Positions 26,524-38,631 of a stretch of 64,000 nucleotides of DNA are shown piece by piece. Source of the DNA: Mobula hypostoma (Eukaryota); NCBI RefSeq assembly GCF_963921235.1, contig NC_086097.1, positions 97,652,001 to 97,716,000 of the forward strand, in the 5' to 3' direction. Position 1 is the stretch's first letter. Each line of letters begins with the position of its first letter. The notes beneath the pieces are model-generated. The model was given only the letters and a program-made list of their open reading frames with translations. It did not search any database and was not told where the DNA came from. The translations under genes and the position numbers were made by a program.

Positions 26524-28350
26524 TAATTAGTAAAGAAAATGTCAGCACCAAATTTATCTTTCCTTTTTCTTTAACATTCTAGTGGAATCATTCCTCCCAT
26601 GACACCATTTATGGTTCACTCTTTGACCATAAATATTATTACTATCCTTCTCATGCAAATGCTGAGAATATAACACCTTTGTTTCCAGAGTCCAGGTCTC
26701 TGAGCAGTCCGGGTGAAGCACCAATTTGCAGTTTGGTACAGTGCTTGCAACTTACAGTAGTGTCCCCTAGATTAGAAAAGACTAAAGACAAATGTGTGTG
26801 ACTGCTTTGTGAAACATCACTGTCAGTTTGCAAGCAGACTCAAAGCTACAGGACTGTTTGGTGCTGTAATTTTCTATCCCACTCTCATTCATGACTTTTC
26901 TGGTCCTTGACTACAGTATTTCATTGAAGTATACTGGGAGCAACACCGGACTTTTAGTCTAGGCATGATACAACGTCCCTGTTTCAAAATTGGGTTCAGT
27001 GGTTTTAGGGAATGCTTCTGTTGCTTCCACTTACACCAACTGGAAAGCTACCTGTTCGGATGAAAAGTCATGGACTGGAATACTGCCACTGTTTCTCCAT
27101 CTCCAGGTGCTACATTATCTTTTTAACTATTTCAACATCATTTGTTTTTATTTTAGCTTTCCAGCATCTTGATTTTGTAGTGTTAGCAGGTTTAATCACC
27201 CAGACCAGAACTGGTGAGATTAACAGATGCCATGTCATTACAGCTTAGCTAACTTGGCTGAAAACACAAATTGAATTTTGTACTTTTTATTTGCATGGTT
27301 AGTAAAACATGACTCTCAGAGTCAGAAAGGAAAACCGTATGGCAACAAGCCCTTTGGTCCCACCAGCACCCATTTACATTGATCCTGCACTAATCATTCT
27401 CCCCATATTCCCTCACCATCTGAGCTGTGAGATGACTTTCGCTCTGCTCCTTGGTGTGACATGTATCAAGTTTATGTCTATTAAAGGAGATACACAGTTA
27501 CATGTAATTTAATACTTTTACCAATGGTTTGATTTCATCTTCTCTGACATCCTATGATCATATGAGTGGTTTAAGGAATTGGAGCAAAACATTTGTAACT
27601 AATTCAGATCTGGTGACAGGAATTGTGAGCTTAATAAAAACTGTGCAACAGTATCTGTCATCTTGTATCACTGAGCTGTAATACAGTTGTAGCTGACATA
27701 TCTCCCTTTTCCTCAAAATCTCTGACATATAACTAGTTTATAGCAATTTCTAAAATAAACCTTATTGCAAATTGTTCATGTGTATGGCATAGAAGAGCAC
27801 AAAGCTTGAATTTTATCGTAAACAATGTATTAGCAAATGGTTTGTAATGTGGTTGTAACATTTTGTTAATTACTCAAGAATTCTGCAAAATTCTTTATCA
27901 GTGGTTGAACGTAATAGTGCCTTCAGTTTAAAAAAATAGGCATTGCTTGTGCAGAAATTTAACATTAAGAAGCCAGTTAAAAAGGTAAAGTAATAATAGA
28001 ATAGTGGTCGAGGTGATTGGTCCATTCTGACTGGATAATCTCAGAAGTAAAATTGGTCCTTCCTAGTGGAATGGAAATTTGAGTAAGCAGGGTTTTTTGA
28101 GGTCTTGGTGAAGAATGAGTTAAAATCAGAGACATTTAATCCCAGACTAAAAGTGTGTCTTGAACTTTAACAATATACAGTATAGTTTATTGGAGCAGGC
28201 AGAATTGATGCTGTAGTATATACTGACTAAAATGAGATTTTCAAGCAGTTGCCAAAATAACGGCAGTAGAAGACAAATATCAATGAAATTGTTATGTAAG
28301 GGAGAAATGCTTCTAACAAAATTTAAATATATATTTCTTTTTCCCTGCAG

Positions 28351-28445
28351 AAAATAATATTTATGTTCATGATTTACTCACATTCCAACAAATTACAATG
28401 GTTGCAAAAGCTAAAGGTGCTAGTCTCTTCTCATGTGATTTGAAG
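28351..28445 (+). CDS. VPS39: VPS39 internal coding exon (95 bp)
   Basis: ctgcag|AA..AAG|gtaaga; (E)NNIYVHDLLTFQQITMVAKAKGASLFSCDLK. Confidence 0.96.
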
Positions 28446-28966
28446 GTAAGAGGTAACATGTGCCGCCAGTTGTACCTAGTATTATTACTGGAATAATAAA
28501 TCTAAATATAATGGTCATGATGTCTACAATTTCATTTTTTTCCCAATCAGGTCTCAACCTGTAGCACTGATTTAAAATAGGGAACATTTGAATGCATGTT
28601 TCATGGCTGGTAATTTCTACCATTCTCCCACCTTACAAATGCAGAGTTAGTTGAGAAAAGGCAAAATATCTCTCCATCTCCTTCCTTCCTGTAGTATTCT
28701 ACCTACCTCTTCTGATGCTGCTGCTTGTTCTGGGGTACGTTTGCCCTATCAGGTACCTTGTTCAAGTGTCCTTCCATTAGTGAATCTCACCAGCCTTCCT
28801 TGGAGTTGAGAATGGATAGACTGAAAGAAGGACAGAAATAAAGAAACCACAGTCGAATAGAAGCAGCGAAGGCTGGGAAATGAAGGCTTGGAGGCAAAAA
28901 GGGTCAGAGCATGAAAAAGATTAAAAATGATATTTATAAAATCAAACCTAAGAGCATTGTATCTTA

Positions 28967-30664
28967 GGCTACGTCCACACTAAACCAGATAAGTTTGAAA
29001 ACACCGGTTTCGCGTAAAAGCGATAGGCATCCACACCAGGCATTTTTCAAAATACCTCCGTCCACATTAGAACAGATATTTGGGCGAATCTCCTTCTACT
29101 GGGCAAGCGCAGGACACACAGAAAACAAGCGAAGAGGAAACAGTATACTTGGTGGGCATTTGTCCGGTTGCAGACTAGAAAAATTTAAAAGGAAATTGCC
29201 AAACGAAAGACTTGGTGCGCGTTTGGCCAGAAACATTTCCTACTGCCATAGGTCTCTTCACCGATGAAAGGGACGACAGCTACAACTAAATGCAGTAAGG
29301 CTTGTTACTGGGCAAAAGTGAAATTTGCTGTTACCTCATTTGTTTGCCTTTACTTTTGCCATGTCTTTGTGTATTATTTTGCTGTATTTAACATGTGCAA
29401 TAAAACAAGTTATTGGGCAAAAGTGACAATTGCATCTATTGAATGTTTGCACAAGCAATACATTAATCATGTTACACGAGCGTGGCGGTGGACAAACCCA
29501 AGTGCAGAACACGGGCGTGGGGGCAGAGTTGGGCGTGGAATCGGTTTCCAGGAGAGTCTTTACCCGAAGTCTTGGGTTTGGAGAGAATCCAGGAGCGATG
29601 CTAGACTTAAGGCTGATTTATACTTGTGCATCAACTCGATGCTGTAGGTACGGTGACACCGCGAACCCTACGCCATAGCCTGACGCACACCTCTCCCAAA
29701 ATGTAACTGCGCGTCGCAGCAACGCAGACCGCAACAACTGATTGGCCCGCTTGGTAGCATCACATTTCCTCCTACACTACAGTAGCTTCCCATTGGGTGA
29801 CTGAAGGGCAGGGAAGGAACTCTGGCTGCAATGCTTTCCATAAAGCTTTACAGACCTTCGAAATTATGGAGGACACATTTCACTTTTACGAAAAAAAAGA
29901 TGCTCGCTTTAAACTTGTTTACCCTGAGAAAGACTACCATGACCATGAAGCCTTGCATGGGCAGGTTGCAGAGCAGCACAGGCACACCAATGCACAAGTA
30001 CAAATGCTGACAACACGCGTAGGTTACGGCGTCAAGTTGACGCACAAGTATAAATCAGCCTTTAGAACTAACAGTCCTAAGAACCATGAAACGAGGTTAT
30101 TCAACCAATGAATTGGCAGCTCCTTGTTGTGATCACAGGGTCTTTATCCTGCATTTTCTGATGGAAAGCAGGTGTGTGTAGTTAGTGGAACCTGGGAATG
30201 ATTGGAAATGTTAAGTGAGGGGATTAAGGCCCAATTCCTGAGGTAAATATTAAGGTGGGGGATTGCCAGAAGGGACCATGACAAATAAAGCACCTTGTTA
30301 AATGTATAAAACATGTCTGCATCAGTGTTATCTTGTATTTCCAAACAATGTTACATTAGGCTGTTACACATCTATTGTCAGATGTTGTTGTGGTGTTGGA
30401 GGTTGCGTTCAAGAAAACAGGGAAATGTCGCGCTGCCACCACCATTTTGTTCCGGCACGTCATGACAGCGTTTTTAAAATTAGCCAGTTACCCCGTACAC
30501 ACTACAACGGCCAACCAGCGTTTTCAGATTTGAACACTCTGGGGAGTGTTTTAGAAAAGCTCCGTTTTCGGGGGAGGAAAATGCCGTTTCAGTGTGGACG
30601 GAGGGTCAAAATGAAGAGAAAAGGCTTCGGTTACGGATTTATCCAGTATAGTGTGGACGTAGCC
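28967..30664. mobile_element. Non-autonomous PIF/Harbinger-type DNA transposon
   Basis: Perfect 16-bp TIR GGCTACGTCCACACTA / TAGTGTGGACGTAGCC; TTA target duplication at 28964-28966 and 30665-30667; no recognisable transposase. Confidence 0.88.
29610..30061. mobile_element. Nested Harbinger-type MITE (452 bp)
   Basis: 27-bp TIR AGGCTGATTTATACTTGTGCRTCAACT (1 mismatch); TTA TSD at 29607-29609 and 30062-30064. Confidence 0.9.
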
Positions 30665-32918
30665 TTAATGTACAAAGCATTTGTAAAGAGATAACTAAAC
30701 TAACAGCACGTGGGTGAATGGGTATGATTATGGAGACATAGTTGCAAGAGGAACAAAATCAAGAACTAAATATTTAGGGGTATTTGACTTTTTGAGAGGA
30801 CAGGTGAAAAGGAAAAGATTATGGAGTGGCACTGTTAATGAAGGATTAGATAAATATAACTGTGAGAGGTAATATGTGCTCAGAGGATACTAACTTTAGA
30901 CTGAGGTTTTTAAACAAAAGCCACGGAAAGAAAATACTGTTTGGAGGAAGGTGGTACTACTCCCTCACACCAACTCCCTGACACGTCACCTAACTCCCCA
31001 TACAGAGGCCACTCTGTAGGAAAGAGTATAATTCAAATAATGAGGCCATGTAAAAAGAACAGGAAGATAATCACGGAAGACTGTAATCTTCATGTAGATT
31101 GGATTAGTCAAGTTGAAAAGAGGAGTTACAACAACATTCATAGTGTATTTGGGATTGTTTCTTGGAGTACAATGTATGTAGATAAACCCGGGGACACACT
31201 AAATTAGATCTGATAAAGAATAATGATGTAATATGATATAATTTTGTCCTCTATTTGAGAGATAGAAACTTGGGTTAGAAGCAAATGTGCTTAAATTAAG
31301 TAAAGGGAATTACAGTGGAATGAAGATGCTGTTAGCTAAAGTGCACTGCACTGATAAATAAGGGAAGACAATAGACAAATAGTGGCTGACATTTAAAGAG
31401 GTAATTCATGGCACAGTGTATGTGTGCATGTATACTGCACAGATACACATGCTTCAGCCCAACCCCAACCGGTTCATGCCTACCACGTTGTCCATCCAGC
31501 TTATCCTGATTTCCTACATTTGACCAGATCGCACCTGAACCATCCCCTCCATGTACCTTTCCAAGTGTTTCATAAATTATACTACTGTACCTCCCTCAAC
31601 CACTTCCTCTGGCAGCTCATTCCATATGCTCATCATCCTCCGAATGGAAAAGTTGCCCTCAAGTTCCTCCAGCAGTTTACGTGAGTTGCTTTGGATTTGT
31701 AGCATCTACAGAATAACTTGTGATTACAAATTCCCCCTTCACAAGGATATGCTGATCCTGCTTAATTAGATTATGATTTCCCAAATGTATTGATATTGTT
31801 TCCTTAATTATTGATTTAAATATTTTTTCTACAATAGAGCTACTGCCTACAGATACCTGCTGCTTTGCCTCCCTTTTAGAAATGAGATTACACTAGCAGC
31901 TTTCCAATCCTCTGACACTTCTCTACAATCATGGGATTTTTGAGGAATTCTAACAATGAATTCCACTCTCTTAGCAGTCGTTTATTTTTGTATCCTGGGA
32001 TGCAGACTACATGGGCCTGGAGACTTAACAGTCTTTAGTTCAAGCCGTGCCCCCTTTTTTGTTGGCTACATGGAACAGTCCATGTTCCAAGCCTTCCATG
32101 GTAATGCTCCCCAACTCTCACAGTGCTGCATTGATGACTGCATTGGTGCTGCTTCATGCACCCATGCTGAGCTAGACAATTTCATCAACTTTGTCTCCAA
32201 CTTCCACCCTGCCATTAAATTTACTTGCTCTATTTCTGACACCTCTTTTTCAGTCCCTCTGCCTCTAACTCTGGAGACAAACTGTCTACTGATTTTTTTT
32301 TTATAAATTTACCAATTCCTACGATTATCATGACTATACTGTACCTCTTCCCACCCTGACTCCTGTAAAAATGCCATTCCTTTTTTTCAGTTCCTTCATC
32401 TAGACTGTATCTGTTCCCAGGATGTGGGCTTTCCTTTCCAGGACGCCAGAGATGTCCTCCTTCAAAGATTCGGGTTTCCCTTCCACCACAATTGATACTG
32501 CCCTCACCCATATCTCCTCCATTTCTTGGACATCTACGCTCACTCCATCTTCCCACTGACTTAACAGGGATAGAGTTCCTCTTGTTCTCACTTACCACCC
32601 CATGAGTCTCCACATCCAACACATCATTCACCATCATTTCCATCATCTTCAATAGGACCCTACCACCAAACACATCTTTACCTCACCCGCCGCCTCTTCC
32701 CCCCCCCCACCCCCGCTTTCTGCAGTGATTTCTCTGTCCGTGACTCCCTTGTCCATTCATCCCTCTCCACTAAACCCCCGTCTGGCACTTAGCCCTGCGA
32801 GGAACAGAAGTGCTGCACCTGCCCATTCACTTCCAACCTCAACTCCATTCAAGGCCCCAAGCAGTCCTTACAGGTTAAGCAATACTTCACTTGCGAATTT
32901 GTTGGGGGTTATCTGTTG

Positions 32919-34588
32919 TGTTACGTACCCCGTAACCCCATGTATGGTTATGCACTTTGGCAGAAAAAATAAACGGGCAGACTATTATTTAAATGGGGAA
33001 AGAATTCAAAGTTCTGAGATGCAACTGGACTTGGGAGTCCTCGTACAGGATTCCCTTAAAGTTAACCTCCAGGTTGAGTCAGTAGTGAAGAAGGCGAATG
33101 CAATGTTGGCATTCATTTCTACAGGAATAGAATATAGGAGCAGGGATGTGATGTTGAGGCTCTATAAGGCGCTGGTGAGACCTCACTTGGAGTACTGTGG
33201 GCAGTTTTGGTCTCCTTATTTAAGAAAGGATGTGCTGACGTTGGAGAGGGTACAGAGAAGATTCACGAGAATGATTCCGGGAATGAGAGGGTTAACATAT
33301 GAGGAACGTTTGTCCGCTCTTGGACTGTATTCCTTGGAGTTTAGAAGAATGAGGGGAGACCTCATAGAAACATTTCGAATGTTGAAAGGCATGGACAGAG
33401 TGGATGTGGCAAAGTTGTTTCCCATGATGGTGGAGTCTAGTAGGAGAGGGCATGACTTCAGGATTGAAGGGTGCCCTTTCAGAACAGAAATGCGAAGAAA
33501 TTTTTTTAGTCAGAGGGTGGTGAATCTATGGAATTTGTTGCCACGGGCAGCAGTGGAGGCCAAGTCATTGGGCGTATTTAAGGCAGAGATTGATAGGTAT
33601 CTGAGTAGCCAGGGCATCAAATGTTATGGTGAGAAGGCGGGGCAGTGGGACTAAATAGGATAAAATGGATCAGCTCATGATAAAATAGTGGAGCGGACTC
33701 GATGGGCTGAATGGCCTACTTCTGCTCCTTTGTCTTATGGTCTTATGGTCTTATGGGTTGCCAAACCAGCAGAAATGGATCACTCAGTTGGAGTCTGGAT
33801 TACTGGAACACAGTACTCTAATCAAAAGGATAATGAATACAACAGTTCAGCAATGATAAACACACATGTACACAGAAACTAGGATAATAGGATCAGTCAA
33901 GCTCTATCGTCGTCTAGGGGTAAATGACCAGTTTCAAAGTGACGCAAAGTTCAGTTCAATTGAGTTCAGTTCAGTTCACAGTAATCACTGCCATGGGGGA
34001 GAGAGAGAGAGAAAGCGAATAAATATTCAATAACGGCTTCCACACAGACCTTCGATATTCCTCGCAGTCAGCTTTCGGGTGAGCCCTTTGTAATGTCTTC
34101 TGAGGTCATCGACTGTGACCCCTCTGTTCCTCTACAGTGAACCTGGCAACCAGGCAAGGGCGGACACACACCAGGTTCCCGCTGATCGTTCCTTTCCACC
34201 CTGTGCGTCTATGGCTTGGTCCCGCGATCAGCCCTCCAAAAACTCCCACCGACTTGTGGGAGACGCACTGCTTCCAGGGTCTCGTTACCTCGGGGTGTCG
34301 TGTGTGTGTTGCCTTAGCGAACCTGTCCCTTTTTATCCCCCTGCTGGGGTATCGCCTGTCCATCACTTCTAACAGTTCAGGGTTCAAAGAGGAGCCGATC
34401 TTGACAGCTCTCAGACCGGTGTCTCCTTCTGTTAAACTCTCCCGTCCCTTCATTAACATCTCCAAATGCTGCTCCATTGTTTTTCCTTATCTCTCCTTCT
34501 CCTGAAGACAGGTGGCAGACCAACTGCTGATCCCACTGGTGCCAGCACAGGACAGTTAACATCTTAGTCTATGTGTACTTTCGTCACA
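32919..34588 (-). repeat. 3' LTR (interrupted by CR1 at 32937-33753)
   Basis: TGTTACGTACCCCGTAAC, then resumes TGGGTTGCCAAACC at 33754; ends CGTCACA. Confidence 0.95.
32937..33753 (+). mobile_element. Young 5'-truncated CR1 LINE inserted in the LTR
   Basis: Intact ORF2 C-terminus CMVMHFGRKN..RLYKALVRPHLEYCGQFWSP..RRMRGDLIETF..FFSQRVVNLWNLLP*; (TCTTATGG)3 tail at 33733-33756. Confidence 0.95.
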
Positions 34589-34604
34589 CCCCTCACCTTT
34601 AAGG
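34589..34604 (-). other. Polypurine tract of the LTR element
   Basis: Minus strand ...AAAGGTGAGGGG directly abuts the TG start of the 3' LTR. Confidence 0.8.
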
Positions 34605-34704
34605 ATTTTTACCGGGGTAAAAATTACAAACATGAATACATTATTTGATACACACAAATATACATCTTTATCAGCTATTTGGCTAATACAGCGAATTTTA
34701 AGTT

Positions 34705-35268
34705 GTCAACACCTGACAGACAGTCAGCAATCACATTTTCTGTTCCTTTTATATGTGTTATTAATAATCCCTTAAACCAGGCTCCAACTTAGCAAACTTC
34801 ATAGTGGCCGAAAACACTGATGAATTGCGATCAACGTAACCTCTCATTTGGCTTTTTCCCGGACCACAATAACAAGGGGTCGTCCCATCCCGACTTAGTT
34901 TTCTCTCGCAAGGGCTTAGTAGGAGGGGGAGAGGTAGTAACCGCAGAGTTATTGCAAAACTTCCTACAGTACCCCACCATCTCCAAGAGCCTTCTGAGGG
35001 CCCTCTTGTCTGTCGGGATTGGGATGTCAGAGATAGCCTGCACTTTAGCTTGCATCGCTGCCAGCTGCCCCTGTGTCACCACAATTCCCAGATAAGTGAC
35101 CTTCGTGTGGCCGAACTCATTTTTTTCAAGGTTCACTATCAAGCTGGCTTCAGACAGCCGTATTACATCGCCAATACACACCTCTGTGTTCATCAGCCCT
35201 TTCGTCACTGAATTACTCATTCTATAGGGGTGTTGCTCACTAGGCTGACCTAGCGTGACAAACACCAC
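34705..35268 (-). pseudogene. RT thumb / RNase H remnants of the LTR element
   Basis: NTEVCIGDV (degenerate YIDD), VNLEKNEFGHTKVTYLG..AKVQAISDIPIPTDKRALRRLLEMVGYCRKFC; terminal HIKGTENVIADCLS near 34710-34760. Confidence 0.85.
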
Positions 35269-35289
35269 CCAACGTCCCAGTTCTTTGCA

Positions 35290-37653
35290 TCACCTCGGGA
35301 CAATCAAACACACGTGTGCGAGCCGTTTAATTACTTCTAAAGAGTCGCTTTGTTCGGGGCTTAAGGGAGAGACCTTATCAGCAGAGCTGGCCAAAACAAT
35401 AGCCTTCTCCCATCTGGTCGATACCATACTCATCTTTTCAAAATGGTTTTTTTCTCTTATCAGGGGGACCCTAGCTTCATTGATTTCCGCGCTAACACTG
35501 ACTAGGTTTGTTAGCATATCAAAAGCCTGTGACCGTCTCAGTTCGCGTCTGCCATAATCAATAACATCCTTCCTCCTGTGCAGCCGGTAAACTTCTTTCA
35601 TGATTCCACCAACTGTTTCCTCCAGTACCTCAAAATGTCCACCGAGGGGTACCTTGTGGGCCAGGTTAAAAATCTCATCCCCATAACTCTTTTGCACCAC
35701 CCCCCATTCCTCATCTGCGGGTACGGTACTTGGTCTCCCTTTCTTCCTTAGCACTTCCTTCTCCACACAGTAGCCTACTGGCTCCCTTCTTAATTCTGCG
35801 TCAGAGAGAGCTGTCTCCGCCAAAACCATCAGCCCCTCGTCTCGCTCCTGCGCCTGCACAAATTCTTTCCTGGCTAATGCTAAGTCTGTCTCAGCTCCCT
35901 CACTACCTCTTGTTTCACTACACTCCTTCTTTTCACTTTCTACCTCCTCCTGGTACGTCTCAGCTAAATTTACTTCGGCAGTCCCGGGATGAACCTCTGA
36001 GTCCATGGGCGGGGCCTCAATGCTGGCAGGCTGACCTGTCAATCTCACGGCTGGGAACACAATTCCCCCGGCGAGGTCATTACCGAGCAAGACTTCCACG
36101 CCTTTCATCGGTAATTCGGGCCTCACCCCGATCGTGACTAGTCCAGAGACCAAGTTGCTTTGTAGGTGTATCTGGTGCAAAGGGACTGCCTCTGTCCCTT
36201 CCCCAATACCTTTGACCTTGACCTCCCCAGTCTGGGTCTCTGAGCTAAACTCTAATACACTCTTCAATATCAATGACTGACACGCTCCCATGTCTCTCCA
36301 GATCCGCACTGGAACTGGGTTTAACCCCTCCTTCACAGACACCAATCCGGCCGAGATAAACCTCTCTCGCCCTTCCTGAACTTTGGCAGACCTTTCCTCT
36401 CCTAGCGGTTCGTTTACCAGCTCAATACAGCCAGTCAAAATCACCGTTTTTCCTTTTCCCGTCTCCTTCTTTGGGGCAAAGCACCTGGATGCAAAGTGTC
36501 CGACTTTCCCACAATTATAACAGACGACCCCAGGAGACTTCCTACCAGACTGCTCCCGGTCTACCTTATCCTTCTCACTAGTCCCCGGCTTATTTTCTGA
36601 CTTTTCTGGCGGACTCTCCCCGCCGTCCTGACTACCCTTCTGGTAGCCTTTACTCGGGGCAAACTTCATTCTATGCGTCAACGCGTACTCATCCGTTAAC
36701 TTAGCAGTTGCGGCTAACATGGCTGCCTCTTTCTCATCTAGGTAGGGTCTCATACCCTCAGGGACACAGCCTTTAAACTGCTCAATCAGGATCAGCTGTA
36801 GCAGTCTGTCATAATCCCCCTCTACCCCCTTCGAGGCACACCAAGGCTCACAATATGTCTGCATCTCATGGGCAAACTCTAAATACGTGCGGTCCCACTG
36901 CTTCCTCACATTCCAGAACCTCTGCCGGTATGCCTCCGCGACCAACTCATAAATCCTGAGGATGGCCTCTTTCACCACCTCATACCTCTGGGCATATTCT
37001 GCAGACAAAGCTGAGTAAGTTTGTTGGACTTTCCCTTTCAGTACACTCTGAAGCAAAACAGCCCACTTGTCCCTCGGCCAGTCCTGACGTGTAGCAACTT
37101 TTTAAATGGAGAAAGTACCGATCCACATCGGTATCGTCAAATGGGGGAACCAGCCTAACCTCCTGGGTCGCCCGGAACCCTCCACCTTGGTTCGGCACGG
37201 GCCCCTGCTCTGCCCTTATCTTTAACTTCTCCAGCTCAAATTCCCTTTCCCTCTGTTTCTCCTCTCGCTCCAACTGCCTCTCTCTCTCTTGCCGTTGTAA
37301 CTGTCTCTCTCTCTCCTGCCTTTCTAACTGTTTCTCTTTCTCCTGCCTTTCTAACTGCTTCTCTTCGTGTTCTAACTGCCGTACCCAGAACTTGTGCTGG
37401 AGTCTCAGTTTTTCAAGCTGCACCTGTACCGCGTCTCCAGCAGGTTTTCAATAGACACCACCTCCAGCTCCCCTTGGGGAAACACACCTTTAGATACATA
37501 GTGCTCTACGATAGCTCTGTGCATCTCCTCTCTCCTCATTGTCAACTTCCCCTTAACAAGATTCAACCGTTTGGCCACAGCTGCCAATTCCGCTTTCCTG
37601 GCATCCTCTAATGCCTCCAAGGTCGGCGCCTTTAGAAATTTCTCAATCTCCAT
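35290..37653 (-). pseudogene. gag (coiled coil, SCAN-like capsid, CCHC) - protease - integrase N-terminal remnant; two frameshifts in gag
   Basis: ORFs 37405-37653, 36980-37423 and 35290-37056; RLVPPFDDTDVDRYF; EAYRQRFW..LQLILIEQFKGCVP; CYNCGKVGHFASRC; WRDMGACQSL; VLLGNDLAGG; LAHKVPLGGHF. Confidence 0.9.
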
Positions 37654-37729
37654 TTCTGCTGTTTGTCTTTTCTTTCTTTCCGGAATTTTAACCCAATCAA
37701 TTTACTCCGTCCCAAATTTAGCGTTCAAA

Positions 37730-37747
37730 ATCCCGGACGAGCCCCCA
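37730..37747 (-). other. Primer-binding site, tRNA-Pro
   Basis: Minus strand TGGGGGCTCGTCCGGGAT, the classic 18-nt tRNA-Pro PBS, 4 nt downstream of the 5' LTR. Confidence 0.95.
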
Positions 37748-37751
37748 CTTA

Positions 37752-38631
37752 TGTTACGTACCCCATAACTGGGTTGCCAAACCAGCAGAAATGGATCACT
37801 CAGTTGGAATCTGGATTACTGGAACTAAGAAAGTTTTATTAAAGAAATAAGCAACACAGTACTCTAATCAAAAGGATAATGAATACAACAGTTCAGCAAT
37901 GATAAACACACACGTACACAGAAACTAGGATAATAGGATCAATCAAGCTCTATCGTCATCTAGGGGTAAATGACCAGTTTCAAAGTGACGCAAAGTTCAG
38001 TTCAATTGAGTTCAGTTCAGTGCACAGTAATCACTGCTGTGGGAGAGAGAGAGAGAAAGCGAATGAATGTTCAAAAACGGCTTCCACACAGACCTTCGAT
38101 ATTCCTCGCAGTCAGCTTTCGGGCGAGCCCTTTGTAATGTCTTCTGAGGTCACCGACTGTGACCCCTCTGTTCCTCTACAGTGAACCTGGCACCCAGGCA
38201 AGGGCGGACACACACCAGGTTCCCGCCGATCGTTCCTTTCCACCCTGTGCGTCTATGGCTTGGTCCCGCGACCAGCCCTCCAAAAACTCCCACCGACTTG
38301 TGGGAGACGCACTGCTTCCAGGGTCTCGTTACCTCGGGGTGTCGTGTGTGTGTTGCCTTAGCGAACCTGTCCCTTTTTATCCCCCTGCTGGGGTATCGCC
38401 TGTCCATCACTTCAAACAGTTCAGGGTTCAAAGAGGAGCCGATCTTGACAGCTCTCAGACCGTGTCTCCTTCCGTTAAACTCTCCCGTCCCTTCATTAAC
38501 ATCTCCAAATGCTGCTCCATTGTTTTTCCTTATCTCTCTTTCTCCTGAAGACAGGTGGCAGAGCAACTGTTGATCCCACTGGTGCCAGCGCAGAACAGTT
38601 AACATTTTAGTCTATGTGTACTTTCGTCACA
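37752..38631 (-). repeat. 5' LTR (880 bp)
   Basis: TGTTACG...CGTCACA; direct repeat of the left LTR; minus-strand AATAAA at ~37835-37840. Confidence 0.95.

Larger units (their letters stand above)
32919..38631 (-). mobile_element. Gmr1-like Gypsy LTR retrotransposon, internally deleted, both LTRs present
   Basis: TG..CA LTRs 37752-38631 and 32919-34588 (about 97% identical by manual comparison); 4-bp TSD GTTG at 32915-32918 and 38632-38635; PBS, PPT, SCAN-gag, CCHC knuckle, protease, INT/RT/RH remnants. Confidence 0.95.

Noticed and set aside
32725..33654. 309-aa ORF as a gene
   Set aside because: Chance fusion of off-frame Penelope sequence, 18 bp of LTR and the CR1 ORF2 C-terminus
37095..37108. 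Minus-strand T TTA AAA as a programmed -1 frameshift site in gag
   Set aside because: The downstream gag frame is +1 relative to the upstream ORF, so this is a mutational indel
34106..38605. Duplicated ORFs at 34106-34562 and 38150-38605 as paralogous genes
   Set aside because: They are incidental frames within the two LTR copies
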